From Chrysomallon squamiferum (taxonomy: Eukaryota > Animalia > Mollusca): 64,000 bases of DNA. Within the stretch, counting starts at the first letter, position 1; the number at the start of each line of letters is the position of its first letter. Shown here piece after piece: positions 1 to 14,540 of this stretch. The DNA lies in the NCBI GenBank assembly GCA_012295275.1, contig CM022672.1, forward strand, positions 2,976,001 to 3,040,000, given 5' to 3'. The notes beneath the pieces were generated by a model that saw only the letters and a list, made by a program, of their open reading frames with translations, had not been told where the DNA came from and ran no database searches. Position numbers and translations under genes: made by a program.

Positions 1-3000
1 TGTTCCAAAACGTGAACGCGATTTGTATTATATTCACTATAAATAATTAATTAACCATTTAAGTCTTTTTTCTGACTTTTACATTTTATTTTGTTTTTCA
101 TTGGTTTGTCGTAGTTTTGTTGGGGCTTCGGGCTTGTTTTTTAATTAGTTGATTTTATTATCATCATTATCATCATCATCATCATCATTATTATTATTAT
201 ATTTCTTTACCGAATTTTCCTATAGCCTAAAGATTATATATATATATATAGTTATATAGTCATATAGTTATATTCAAAAACTTTTATAATGAAATTCCTT
301 TCGTCTTGAAAAGAATATCCACCGCAGTCATGGAATATCCTTTTATTGAAATTCTAAAAATAAATCTTGATTGCTAGGGATAACTGGTAGAGGAAAAGTG
401 AAAACCAGACATATCCCAATATCCAGTATAAAATATTAAAATAATATCAATACAGGTTTAACAGAAGTGCAGTGAGTCGATACAGCGAATAGTGTTTTCA
501 TGTTGATGACTGATTGTTAGGTTTCATATTTAATAATGCACATTTGTGTATACTGATTTTAATTATGTTCCGTCTTCAGAAAATAACGAAAATAAATAGT
601 GTGTATATGTGGATGTGTGTGTGTGTGTTTATGTGCTAAACCATTTTTATGACGGTCCTTATACATACATGAATACATACATATAGACAGACACACACAC
701 ACAAACACATACAGACATAGATATATTCATAAATACAACAGTATAAACAAAATTAGATACATACGTACATATACGTAGATAAGAAATTTTGACGACCATA
801 TTTTGAGTATTAAAATATTTTCACTAATGTTCTTATTATTCAGTTCCTGAAAAGGTTACTGCATTTGCAAGATTCCAAGATACTTTGTAGAAATTATGTA
901 TCTTATTATGTTAATGATATAGAACAACTCACTTAAAATATTAACACAAAAGATAATAAATAATTCATATTCTAATAGCAGTAACGAAAATAATAAGAAG
1001 AAAAGAAGATGAAAGAGGAGAAGAACATGAACAAAAGCAACAAGAACAAGACAAGAAGTAGAGGAGGAATTAGAGGAGAGGGAATTAAAGAAAGCAAATA
1101 ATAAGCTGGAAACATTGTAACAAACTTGCTTTGTTGGATTCCGTTGTTTACTTTCTATACAATTCGCATTAATAGCCAATAAAATAAAGCTGAGATTTGA
1201 ATAAATAGTTTTATAAATTTTAGTGGGTTTTTTGGAAAACAAGTAGTTTAATACTAAATGAAATCACATTAAACGTCTGATTATGTCTTTATTTCTGGAA
1301 ACGATGGACTGAAATAGCGTCTTCTGTGAATAATGATAAAATACCTTTACATTAACACAAGGAAAATAACCCCTAAGCATTGAAGACAAATTATATATTT
1401 GTTTTCATGTTTCTTTAGTTGGTGTTTTTTATACTTTGTTTTTTTTTCTTTCTTTTTTTTTTTTTTTTTTTTTTTTTTTGTTTGTTGTTGTTGTTTTTTT
1501 TATTTTTTTTTTTATTTTAAATTATATGTTATATATAACTGTCGTTTATTTTTGTTATTTTTGTTTTTAATAAATAATTATTCAGGATTTTCGATACCCA
1601 AAGAGTATCTGAATAATAACAAAAACCATAGATTCTTGTATTAAAATAATGAATCATTATTCTACAACAGTGAACACTTTCTAAAATGAAAGTCATGTGT
1701 TATAGCAGATCTTTCATCAACAACTGCGATAATTACTTGCCATACACCATGTTACTTCAAATCACACGTACATTTAAACAAACAGCGCAGGTGACAATGG
1801 TTTCAGATGGTCACAACAGGACGTAACCGTCACAAAGATTTCGATGTCTTGCAGAGAGTAGTCTAACAATGTCTGCTGAAATCTGTTGTCTTTGGAGTAC
1901 GTGGTAACAGTGTTTATCATCTACAATAGTGTCTCGTTTGAGTTCAGTGAACCTATCCTGATTTATGCGCAAGATTGTTTACACATTAATCCATAATCTA
2001 GTAAAATCCAACTTGATTTATTCACGTTTTGATCGATGTTGCTTCAGTTTAGGACATACATAAAAGGTTCTGCTGTTTAGTTGAAATAAGCTTTGTGAGA
2101 TAAATCGATATATATATTTTTTATTTTTTTTTTTTTTTTTTTTTTTTAAAAATCTGCAGGAAGAAAAGTGAGAATGATGATCTCTTGTACAGGGCTGATG
2201 GGTTGCCGGTTCGATTGCAAGAGCAGGCTTCAGAAAAAATATATTTCTTTTGTGCGTTTTGAGTTCCTGTTTAAAGAACGGTCATTCAACATTATAGGTG
2301 GTTTCTCACTTTCAAGTGGACCAGTTTTAAAAGGGTGTTAAACAACAGCTATAGTATTTTAACGTAAGTATCCATAGAAACTTAATGGGCAAAGTCGTTC
2401 AGATGGTTACAAAAACAACTATAAAAGAGAATTCGGTCCGTTGAAATGGAAATTAAACACAAACAGTAAAAATAATTTTAAAGTTAAGAATGTAGTAGGT
2501 ATATTCCTTTGGAGAAAAAAAATAACAACGCTATAAAAATAATAATAAATGTAATAATAATCATAACGATCATAAATAAATAAATAAATAAATAAATAAT
2601 AGCCCGTATGCTGCCTGAAGGCTTATATTCTTCTTTTTTTAACTTTACGTTGTTAATTTAAAAAGAAAGAAAAAAGAGAGAGAGAAAGAAAAAACAGTTT
2701 TATTACCATACTTAGTAATCTTCTGTCGCAGGATTCAAACAAAACAAATAATTTGCTACAATTCGAAATGTATTTAGGCCATTTCTCGAATCATCATTTC
2801 TGCTTTTCTGAGCGAAATAAATGATCAGCGGATTGTACCGGTACTCAAATGTGCCCAAACAAATTAGAGATAATTTCGTTATTCCGTGATAAACGACATT
2901 TATTCTGCGACTGAAATCGTCAATGAAAGATTATAAACCAGACGTTACGTTTCACAGAATCAGCGCGTGCATGCGATAAAAACCTAAATACAAAAAGACC

Positions 3001-4442
3001 ACAGTCTCTTGCGTGTGGATGTCAGTGACCTGAAAAAATAAAATACTCAAGGCATTTATGTTTTCATTGAAATAAATGGTGAGCGTGGAACATTATTTGT
3101 TATAACAGCACAACAAACTTTCACAGAACTGTGGATTTGAAATACTCGTTGAGTTGAAAAAAAAGCCTTGTTGACAGTAAGTTTGGGATATAATTTTTTT
3201 GTTTTCTCTCAAGCGAACAGTAACCATGTAACTGTGTTATTCTTTGCAATGCCAGACAAGAAGCATAATGAGACATTGACCATTTGACCAAATCCTTCTT
3301 CTATTTGTTTTATCATCAATCAGTATTAAACATTAACTATAAAATATATATATATATATATATACATGACATCTCAACCAACATGAGATATAATGATTAT
3401 TACATTTTTTTTAGTATGTTTGTTTGGTTCATTGTGTTTTTATTTTTATTTTATTATGCTTTTTTTTATTATTATTATTATTAATTTTTTTTTTATTGTT
3501 GTTGTTGTTGTTGTTATTGTTATTGTTGTTGTTGCTTGTTTGTTTGTTTTTATATATGATGATAATAAGAAAGAAAAAAACCTGCTGACTTTCTCCATAA
3601 TTGAAATACTTAATATCACTCGATATTCACTATTTCGTTAATAAATAAATAAATAAATAAAAACACATACACATCACGCCGCCTTATAGAACTGACCCTG
3701 CATTCCATCTCTTCCGACTGACAACATAATCACTTTACATCGTCATACGACAACACGAACACTGCACTCACAATGTCAGCTAAAACAAACCAACAGTAAA
3801 CCGTCTGATAGCGAAAATTAAATATTACACTGATGCATATCATTTAATAACTTTAAGCAGTAGAAGCAACATGTACATTGATGAATGCTATTTAATAAAT
3901 TTAGGCAACAGAAGCGATGTAACGTCTGACCATTAAACTTGATATTTTTCCAGGTTAATACATGATTTTTTTTTTTTCTCCTTTAATCAAATAAAATCAC
4001 GTAAAAGCACGCTGCATGATAACCTGTAGAATTATATTTGCTTTGGTAGAAGTGTATTACGTTCGAAATACAACCAGACTGATTTCTAAATGAATAATTT
4101 TTCATATATTTAATGCAGTAAGTTCGCTATGGTCGTGACAGAATTACCAATATCTATTGCCTATTCTATCCTGATTCCATTAAGATAAAAAAAAAAAAAG
4201 ATTTAGATGCATGTGTCGTTTTGATATTTACTCAAGTTATAGCTGTCATGCAACATTTATGAAAGAAATTAATATAATAATGTCAGTAGTATTTGCAAAC
4301 AAACTCTTATATTTAATTATATGAAGAGGGATGTAAATGGATTTTATAAAAGTCTCTGTGGTATTTATTCCAGCAGTCTTAATGTATTTTTTAATATTAT
4401 TGAAAATAATAAAAAAACAAAATAAAAATATACGTATATATT

Positions 4443-4486
<44 letters not shown>

Positions 4487-5240
4487 TACGAGTATTTTGT
4501 TGTTCTTATTATATGTAGATGTACGCTTGTGTATGTATGGACGTTGGTATCTATGTGTGTGTGCGTGTGTGTCGAATGTATTATGTATAATACTACTACT
4601 ACTAACAATAATAATAATAACGAAAACAATAACAACCACAACAACAGCAACAACCGAGCAGCAACGACAACAACACTAACATAAGTTATCCCATATAGTA
4701 CGCATCGGATTTAGTGAGACTACAAATATGACAATAGCCATAATCTTTGACTTTTTAAGACACTATAGTGTTTTCTTTGATCTTATAGTGGTATTAACAA
4801 TCATCACGTACTTTAATGATTTCATATCATGGTTATTATACGGATGGATAAAGCAAATTTTCTCAAAATCAGTAAATTAGGGTAAACAAAAATAGAAAGC
4901 CACGACTCATATTAGAATTTTTGTTATGTATAAAAAAAAAAAAAAAAAAAAAAAAAAATTGTTCTGTTTAACAAAGCCTTAGAAATCAATTATTAATTTT
5001 CTTCTGACGTCAAAAAGTCTTCAACGCGAAAAGGCCGAATTATTTTCACCTTCCTATAGACAGAAAAACATAAAAACCAGAAACGAATATATAAACATAT
5101 ATGTATAAACCTCTCTCTCTCTCTCATATATATAATGTGTGTGTGTATTTATAAATATTTATGTGTGTACATGTGTGTGTTATATCCTACACATACGTAT
5201 TTATACACACTATATATGTACGCAACGCATAGATACGCAA

Positions 5241-5283
<43 letters not shown>

Positions 5284-6040
5284 AATTAATTAATTAAATC
5301 ACTGTTAGAGATTAAATATTGAAAGTTGGAAGACTGTGTGGCACGGAGCAAAAAAAAAAAAAAAAAAAAAAACGTCCATGTATCTTGTTTGAAAATCAAT
5401 ACTTTTGAGAAAAATAATAAAAAACGCTAATAATAAGGACAGATGAAAAGAAAAAGATAAATTACGACGACGATGATGATGATAATAACAGTAATAATTT
5501 AAAATGCTCCAAATGTCGTCTGATTCCCAATATCCAATACATTTTTCAGATCTCTTCCTTGTTTCCTTCATCGTTAGTGCAAAGGCAATAGATCATCATT
5601 AAATTTACTATAAATTTTTATTTCATTAACGCAAGTGTAAAAGTACACTCAACATTATCTTTGCTATGAGATCGGAATGATATGGACCAACCTGAGATGA
5701 CATCTTGTAACAAACTCGTTGACGTCAGGCGAAATAAAAACAATAATTACTGTCAACAGTTTCATTCTTATGATCTACGACATCAAAACGTTGTTGAAGA
5801 TTAAAGCGATGTCGTCGCACGTTTTACGTCAGAGGAATCTCGCCTGGAGACGTCATTACAAGACAGAGCGACTTGCAACGGCTTCAGAGAAGAGAAAGGA
5901 AGGAAATGGATACTTGAAAGAAGGAAGAATGACAGAGCCGAAAGAAAGAAGAAAAATCAAGAATGTGGAAAAGAGGAGTGATAAGCAATACTCAGTTATT
6001 TAAATGATTTTTGTAAAAAAAACAGATTGATAGAGACAAT

Positions 6041-6089
<49 letters not shown>

Positions 6090-6282
6090 ACGAATGAATA
6101 CATACATACATATATACATACTTACAAAAAAAATAATTACAAAAGGTGAAAAAAAAAAATCGGAATGAAGAAATGAATGGAATCCATAAGAACAAAGGAA
6201 GAAAGAGAAGCTAAGCTTACAGGAAATCTTTTGTTTCTTCTCTTTGTGCAGCTAAACAAAACATGAAATGTTTCTCATCTAA

Positions 6283-6306
6283 CCAAGGTCACGTTGTCAT
6301 GGTAAC
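6283..6306. promoter_or_regulatory. Adjacent NR5A/ERR-type site (CCAAGGTCA) and RFX X-box-like palindrome (GTTGTCATGGTAAC)
   Basis: Matches to YCAAGGYCA at 6283-6291 and to RTHNYYWTRRNRAC at 6293-6306. Confidence 0.35.
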
Positions 6307-7786
6307 TCTATTATACCAGTGTCGACCAGTAAGTGTCGGGAAGATTTCTTTCAAAAGAAAAGCAAAAACAAATTTGACTGATTGCCCGATAGCCTGTCAC
6401 GTAAACACAGCAGTTCATTGTTATAACTGTATTATGCATTAAAACTCTTTCCTGGCCAAGTCTTATATTAAAGCCTGGTATTTGTGAAGCAAGTAAATGC
6501 ATCAAGTTTTTAGACTGTGAAGACAAGAAAGCGTGTTTTGAGATGCGAGTAGAACACACGTGCTCTGGTCGCGGTATGTCCTGTAGTCACTCTGGGCAAA
6601 TGCGTGTAACAGATTTTTGTAATGTTAAAGGAGAAATGCTGAGAATTTCTTGTGAAGGCCGTGAAACTGCCAACATACTTGATGATAGTCTACAGTCGTT
6701 GTGTTTGAATGTATGTTCATCTACACCCGTTATATCCTACTAACGTATGTTTCATATCCACGTAGTTCATGATAGCCCGTGACCAGTGTGTTACATGCTA
6801 CTAATTTGTTTGTTTAAAAATTGGATTTTTATGTATATGTGGATGTATGTATGCATGTATGTGTGTGTGCATGTATACATGTATATCTGTAAATATGTAA
6901 ATATGAATGTATGTACTTATTCATATTATATATGTGTGTGTGTGTCTGTGCGTGCGTGTGTGTGTGTGTCTCTCTATATTCAAGGGTAAATGTATGTATG
7001 TATCACTGATTTAACAACCAGAAAAATAAAAACAAAACAATTAAAAATATAATTTATATATAAGAACATATTTTGTCAACCTATTTTTGTGAAATAAGTA
7101 AGTAAACATATATCAGTGATATGTAACTTGAACACATGGCAAGATATATGGACTACCTGCTTATTACCAGCGCACAAACAAACACACGAACTTGATCTTT
7201 GCTTAATAAGCCTGCTGCAAACGTAATATTATTCCTATCCGTCATTAGAAGAAAAAAGCAAAATCCTCGGATTGTGATAAACAAAATAAATATTTATCTC
7301 AAAGGATCAGTAAAATCAATTATCGCAGACCAATGCTTCATGCATACAAACATAGACACTCACACACACACATAAAAACACACAGACATTTAATTTAAAA
7401 AAAAAAAAAAATCATTTTTTCTTATCCAAGAATTGTCACCATAATATCATCCATATATTTTATCTAATAAAATAATCATTAGGTTTATTTATATCCACGA
7501 TTTGTATTAGCAATTAAAATAAAAATATATTTTTTTAGAACATGCTAACGGTCGCTTTGGTTTCAGTTAATTTCCAGCTTAAGAATAACACCATTTCTGC
7601 CATTATAAGTTTAATTCTACGTCTTGGATGACACGTACTAATCAGACCGGTGACATAATAACAGTAAATAAATATATAAACAGAACAAATAAATAAATAA
7701 ATAAAAAAAGCACTGGTTGAAGCCTGCAGTCTTTTCTACCTTCGCTGATTAGAGAATGATCAATGATTTTTCTCACAAGAGTATCA

Positions 7787-7848
7787 TTCGGATGTTCTCG
7801 GAAGTTGTTCGGATATTCTCGGAAGTTGTTCGGATGTAATCGGCATGT
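7787..7848. repeat. 21-bp tandem repeat (TTCGGATRTTCTCGGAAGTTG, about 2.5 copies)
   Basis: Units start at 7787, 7808 and 7829; TCGG occurs at 7788, 7798, 7809, 7819, 7830 and 7840. Confidence 0.9.
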
Positions 7849-8426
7849 CTATCAATGAAATAATTATTATAACGCCACGTGGACCGAATGTAAGTTGTTA
7901 GTTCAGGGGGACAAAGTAACCAAGGAGCTGACAAATTTAAGATATTTCCTGATGTTTTTTTTTTTAATTTATTTACTGAATATAAATTGTTGATTTTAAA
8001 AATACTGACGAAGGTAAAATTTATATTTATTAATTATAAGCTAGCCTATTTTCTAATTAATTAATTAATTTTAATAGTTATATCTTAAAATATGTATGCC
8101 TACAAATAATATATTTATTAAATACGTATGTAAAAGTACGTATGTTTAAGTATGTATGTAAAGAATATAAAAATAATTTAAATTCATACATTTCTTGTAA
8201 TATTTATATACCTTAAGTATGAAAAATATGAAACAATAATTTATTTTCTTTTATTATTTTTCTAATTTATTATTTTGCTGTTTTGATACGTCCAGGCAAG
8301 ACTGCTAGAAGCTTTCTAAAAGAAAAACCTCAAATCTACGCCAAAACGTGACAGTTACTTTCATGCTCCTTTTATTATTTTATTTTTATTTTTTTATTTT
8401 ATTTTATTTTTTTTATTTTTTTTTTT

Positions 8427-8985
<559 letters not shown>

Positions 8986-9290
8986 GTGTACCCACGGGCG
9001 CTACTAATTCTGGATCTCTTTGATACTTATTTCTAAACGTCTGTAACAAAGTTGGCTGCTGGGTTTGACAAGAATCCACGTCGACCACAACGAGACGTCC
9101 AAACATTCTCAAAGAAATCATCTTTCGGGAAATAAAAATTCCCTTTTCAACTTGTAGCCAAAAGCAGCACAATCGGGCATTTCAGTATTTATAAAGGAAT
9201 TAACTGATCAAACTAATTGTCTTCGTTCTACGCTATTTAGCAGTACAATGGATTCCAAAATAACCAAGTTCAGTGCATTTGTTCTTCTAG

Positions 9291-9313
9291 TACGTCACAC
9301 ACGTGGGCGGGGA
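9291..9313. promoter_or_regulatory. Tight cluster of half-CRE (ACGTCA), E-box (CACGTG) and GC box (GGGCGGGG)
   Basis: TACGTCACACACGTGGGCGGGGA contains three canonical motifs in 23 bp of otherwise AT-rich DNA. Confidence 0.4.
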
Positions 9314-9318
9314 CTTAC

Positions 9319-9374
9319 GTTGGCAAAATAGCGTAATAGCCAGAGGGGAGGAAAAATGGAAACTTTGACACCAT
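9319..9374 (-). CDS. Weaker candidate alternative first coding exon (MVSKFPFFLPSGYYAILP + AC)
   Basis: AAAAATGG start context, 18 codons + 2 nt, donor AC|GTAAGT, phase 2. It adjoins a half-CRE/E-box/GC-box cluster. Could be chance. Confidence 0.25.
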
Positions 9375-9481
9375 TTTTTTTTTTTGATACATACTTGTTA
9401 ATTAATCAACACTTAGCTTTTATTTCATCACATTTTTAAGTTATACGCTTTACAAAAATGTAAAAAGTTGCACTACTTCCT

Positions 9482-9512
<31 letters not shown>

Positions 9513-9883
9513 CGTTCTTTAGAGATCTTTTAACGAAGTTTAGGCAATTTCCAAAGCAGTGCCCTCGCCACAAACCAGGAACTTTTCAGCGATTATAGCA
9601 AGAGGAAAATGAAGGACGTGACAGAACGACCAGTTCTGTGGTGGTAGCAGTGACGGACTTGTGACCGCAGGGCGAACAGACACCCAGAACACGATTAGCT
9701 TCAAACAGCTCTCAGAATTTACAGAAACGTGCACAGAATAAATGTCAGGTTTGGTCACGTTCAGCAGATTACAAGTATTGGGTTTATTTTATTTTATTTC
9801 TTTATTTTTTTTTTTTTTTTTTTTTCTTCGGTGAGGAGAGTTAATATTTTCTTTGAAGAAATCTGAAAAGTTTTGGTTGGAAA

Positions 9884-9951
9884 GATGAAATGATAGAGAG
9901 AGAGTTTGAGAAGAGAGATGGAATGATAGAGAGAGAGTTTGAGAAGAGAGA
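9884..9951. repeat. 33-bp tandem duplication, purine-rich
   Basis: GATGRAATGATAGAGAGAGAGTTTGAGAAGAGA at 9884 and 9917. Confidence 0.85.
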
Positions 9952-10545
9952 GGGACAGAGGGATGAAGAGATGGGGAGAGACATAGTGATAGGCAGAAAA
10001 ACAGGCAGGAAGAGAAAAATATGGAGAATCAGAAACTGAGAAAGACACGGAGAGTAAATTAAAGACCAATCCGCTTAAGGTAATTCCGAAACCAAGGATC
10101 TTTCACGTAATAATTTACTGCCAAAAAAAAAATCAAGAATATTTCCATCAAGATATTCTAAATGAAACAAAATTATATATTGAGGCAAATCTCACATAAT
10201 TTCGAAGGTAACATCTCACGATACATTTAGTTACACAGTTTTCTTCATCTAAAGGCAAGCACTTTTTTTGTGGATACTCTAACAAGCAGGGAAGGCGTTT
10301 AAATTTAATTACCTTAGCGTACTGAGTTTAATGCACGGATGCCTGGTCAACCACTATATAGGATTCTCTCTCGAAGAAGAAGAAGAAGAAGAAGTTCTTA
10401 CCATTATCACAAAATAGATTTGTCTCCTTTTTTTTTTCTTTTCTTTTTTTTTTTTTGACCCTTCTACACCAAAGTCAAATTTTCTTGCAAAATTTTGTTC
10501 TTATTTTTTTTTTTTTTTCCTTTTCTCTTTAAAAATAATAAAATA

Positions 10546-10588
<43 letters not shown>

Positions 10589-10844
10589 TAACATTCATTA
10601 AGATGCCACAAAATGCCGGAAGGTTTGATTCTACGGAGGTATAAAATTACATTGTAAGACTTGCTGAAATGGTCTCACGAAACTGAACTTCACACAGAAA
10701 GATGATGAAAGAGTTTCACAAAGACAGAGACTAACTACTTTGAAGAGAAATACAATTCACATGATTTATTTCGTAACTTTTAACATAAGTATGACTGCAA
10801 TCGTGAACGAAATTTATGAAGAGATACAAGTAGTTGTGTTGATG

Positions 10845-11122
10845 CTAGTATAACAGTATTAGTAACAGAAGTAGAAATAGTAGTAGTTGTAGCAGAAATA
10901 ATAACAGCATTCGTAGTAAAAACAGTAGTAATAGTAGTAACAGTACAGAAATGGTAGTGGTAGTAGTAGTAGTAGAGGTATAGTAATAGTAGTAGTAATA
11001 CTGGTAGTATTATTAGTAGCAATAATAATGGACGAAGTGTGTGTAGTAGAAATACTAGTAGCAGGAGGAGGGATATTACTAATAGTAGAAGCAGCAGCAG
11101 CAGCAGCAACAGCAGCAACAAC

Positions 11123-11166
<44 letters not shown>

Positions 11167-11184
11167 CAGCAGCAGCAGTAGTAG
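10845..11184. repeat. Degenerate (TAG)/(CAG)n trinucleotide repeat
   Basis: Directly visible. Confidence 0.9.
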
Positions 11185-11558
11185 AAAAAATATAATACAA
11201 TTTGTTTTTAAATGACAATAAAATTAAGGAATAAGTCAATACAAAAATGAACTTTAAGTTCTGCTATGTTTTTCAAAACTATCATGAACTATTCATATGA
11301 GCTACGCTTCACTTAACGACGTCAGTTCAGTTTTAACAATGTCGCAGATCTTGAAGATTTGCACGACAAAGGAATAATTATTTAAAATCAATTTATGGAC
11401 TCTGGCGGGTTAATTAAAGATCACCTTATACAGGCGACGTTAACTGAGGAATCTGCGGTTTGAAGCCATAACGATGAATAATTCATACGTACTCTGAATA
11501 ATTTAATACGACGGTGATAAATTCGATTTTAGTAATTGACATGAGTTAATTTTATGCA

Positions 11559-11726
<168 letters not shown>

Positions 11727-12405
11727 TTCAAGATATTTCTCAGTTTGTGCAAATTTAACCATCATAACACTGTACAGTTTACCTAACAATATTGTTGATG
11801 TTGTTGTTGTTGTTGTTGTTGTTGTTGTCAGCGTTGAAATGATTTACATTTTCCTAAATCTTAGGAATAGGAAATGACTTATTTTATTAATAGCTAGTCA
11901 TAACAGTCAGGAAAGCCATAGCTTCTACACAGATTAGATTATAATCTTTTAGCGCAGTAGTGATTAATCCCTCTGTCAGAGGTCAAAGTCGTTACCCATC
12001 CTAATGGGCTTTATGATTATAATTTAATCTCGCTTGTTGATATATAATGTTACGTGTTTTTCTTCTTTTGTAATCATTATTAATAACATTAATTTTATAA
12101 TACCTACTGTGTTTTTCTCATTTAGAGTCTTTTTCAAAACATTTTTTTAACGATGCAGGAAGTTTATCTCTGTTTTTTGTATTTCGTAACTCGGTTATTT
12201 ATTTGTTCGTTCATTAACTATTTGATTTTATTTTTATAGTAATAAAAAAGGAATAAGAATAATAACAATTACTGTTTAAATTATACAAGATAAATATGCT
12301 AAAACTAAACACTTATACAATATATAACAGTGTTTGGTTTTACTCTATAAACAAATGGAATCTTTGTTTATTTTCTTATGTATATATATCCATCTTATTT
12401 ATATA

Positions 12406-12500
12406 CTATGCTATGCTATGCTATGCTATGCTATGCTATGCTATGCTATGCTATACTATACTATGCTATACTATACTATACTATACTATACTATACTATA
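12406..12500. repeat. Pentanucleotide repeat (CTATG)n grading into (CTATA)n
   Basis: Directly visible. Confidence 0.95.
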
Positions 12501-13603
12501 TAGTAACATCATAAAAAGCAGGCCAAGACTAAAACCATTTTAACTGCAACAATTAGATTAAATTAGCTAAAATGTGTATTTCCCAATTTCTGCTTTTAAT
12601 ATGGTTACTACAAATACTACTACCACTGCGCCTACTGTTGCTTCTACTACTACTACAAGTGCTACTACTACTACTTATATATTTATTCTGTTTACTGTTG
12701 CTGCATACTGACACTGCAGGCTAACACTAAAGCTATTTCAACTGCCACTGTGTTGTTAGTGATAGTTAACTACTCAGTAACAATGTGTGTCAGGTGTTTC
12801 CCTTGAGACTGTGTCATTTACGTCAGTCACAACAACGTGCTTTGTATGTCTAACTGTACACGTAGGCCCTTCAGAGAATGTGTGTGTGTGTGTGTGTGTG
12901 TGTGTTTGTGTGTGTGTTTGTGTGAGTGTTTGTGTTATGTATGTGTGTGTGTATATGTGGGTATCGGTGTGTGGGTGTATCTATACATACATATATATTC
13001 ATGGATACTTTTACATAGTGACGTATACATGTATGTTCCTTTATGCATTGTTATTACACATATTTGTATACAGTACTTCAAAACACACACAAGCACATAT
13101 AGATACATATAATAATTATATACACAAATACACATACATACACACATATACACATTCATACATATATAAACAGTCTCCATCATTATACATAGACACACGT
13201 ACGTAAACACAAATACTGTTTGTTTGCCTATCATTATGTACTTTGATGATCCTGTATTTACATGCGAAGTCATCTTTCGGTGATTTGGGTGCTTAGCAAA
13301 TTGCGAACAAAGGATGTAAAGATAAACTATACTGAAACCGCTTTCAAAATGTGATATATTAATTCTGTGTCTAAACCGTAAAATCTAATATTAGAATACG
13401 TGATGTTGAAATCTCTAAAAATTGATTGCATAAACTTACGTTATTACTTCGCCAGACAGTTTCTCTAGTAAATTGAATTCCTATCTTTCTGAATTTTCCA
13501 GACTGGAACAGACTTCAAAGAACATAACGTATTTGTAATCCAGTTAAGTGCAAACAAATGTCGCTGGGACAAGTTGCTAAGGGAAAACGCAGTTTTAACC
13601 TTT

Positions 13604-13613
13604 ATGACGTCAT
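13604..13613. promoter_or_regulatory. CRE palindrome ATGACGTCAT (one of at least 7 perfect TGACGTCA sites)
   Basis: Exact CREB/ATF consensus. Others are at 5005, 5720, 36961, 50140, 51594 and 55015. Function not shown. Confidence 0.35.
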
Positions 13614-14210
13614 TTCGACAATTAATGACGTTTTATGTTGAGGGTAAGTTAAAGACTGTGTTGAAGTTAAAATTATTTTTTGATGTGTTCGTGTTGTTTT
13701 GGCCCATTTCATGTCGAAACTTATTATGTTCTACACTCCATAAATGTTTTTTTGTTTTGTTTTGTTAAAAACACACACACACACACATATATACAAATAT
13801 ATATCTATGCTAACACCTCCTGCACAAACACGCCAACGCATACTAAGTGAATATATAATTTACACTGCACATACGTGCAAACTCGTAAATCAAATACATC
13901 ATCACGTGCTGCCTACACACACACATATATATATACATATATATATACTCTATCACATTATCGACATTATCCTTTACTGCATGTAGAGCTGAGGACGAAA
14001 CAAGATTACAAACATTAACACGGTTACTGAAAGAAGGCGAGAACGAGATTGAACAGTCACAAGAACGGCACTGCACAAAGCTGTAAAAACACCGATTACT
14101 GGTGTTGACGCGGAAGTTTAATTTATGCCTGAGGTCGAACTGTTTGAAACAGTCAACAAGAGCATGTGTTTATTATACTGTCAGGCAAGTGATGCGTGCA
14201 TTAGTTATAA

Positions 14211-14540
14211 GGGACAAGCTGTAGTCAAGCGGTTAAAGTGCAAGCCCGGTGGCGTTCTTGACCTACAGTAAATTTACACATTTGACCCTTGTAGGTTAGA
14301 TTCGTGCCTCGACCGCTCTCTAAGGTTTGTGCAGCAAATAGTTACTTGCGGGGATGTGAGGCCATGTTTAAGGATGAAATGATATATATAAATAGTTCTT
14401 TTGTGCTAACAGAATAAATCTGAGCAGATTTTCTTTAAAGGCTGTTATGTCAGAATTACCAAATGTTTGTTATTCAGAAGGTTGTGATACAAAAAAGTTA
14501 ATTATATAGGCTTATAATAACCGTTAATAATTTAACTTTA
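14211..14540 (+). mobile_element. Decayed tRNA-derived SINE-like element
   Basis: Pol III A-box-like TAGTCAAGCGG (14222-14232) and a degenerate B-box-like AGATTCGTGCC (about 14298-14308). The body motif ATGTCAGAATTACCAAATGTTTG (14447-14469) has a core, CAGAATTACCAA, that recurs at 4139-4150. The resemblance to a gastropod SINE is from memory, not a search. Confidence 0.5.

Noticed and set aside
3772-3779. 8-nt segment flanked by TTTTAG and GTGAGT on the minus strand
   Set aside because: Not frame-preserving and has no other support.
6252-6328. Plus-strand acceptor/donor pair suggesting an antisense gene exon
   Set aside because: It is isolated, with no chain of compatible plus-strand exons. 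A non-coding transcript cannot be excluded.
14173-14194. Partial resemblance to miR-8/miR-200 mature sequence (ATACTGTCAGG)
   Set aside because: There is a mismatch in the seed, the 3' half diverges, and there is no complementary precursor arm.
14211-14320. Possible intact tRNA gene
   Set aside because: An A box is present but the B box is degenerate, I could not fold a cloverleaf, and the sequence continues into a SINE-like body.
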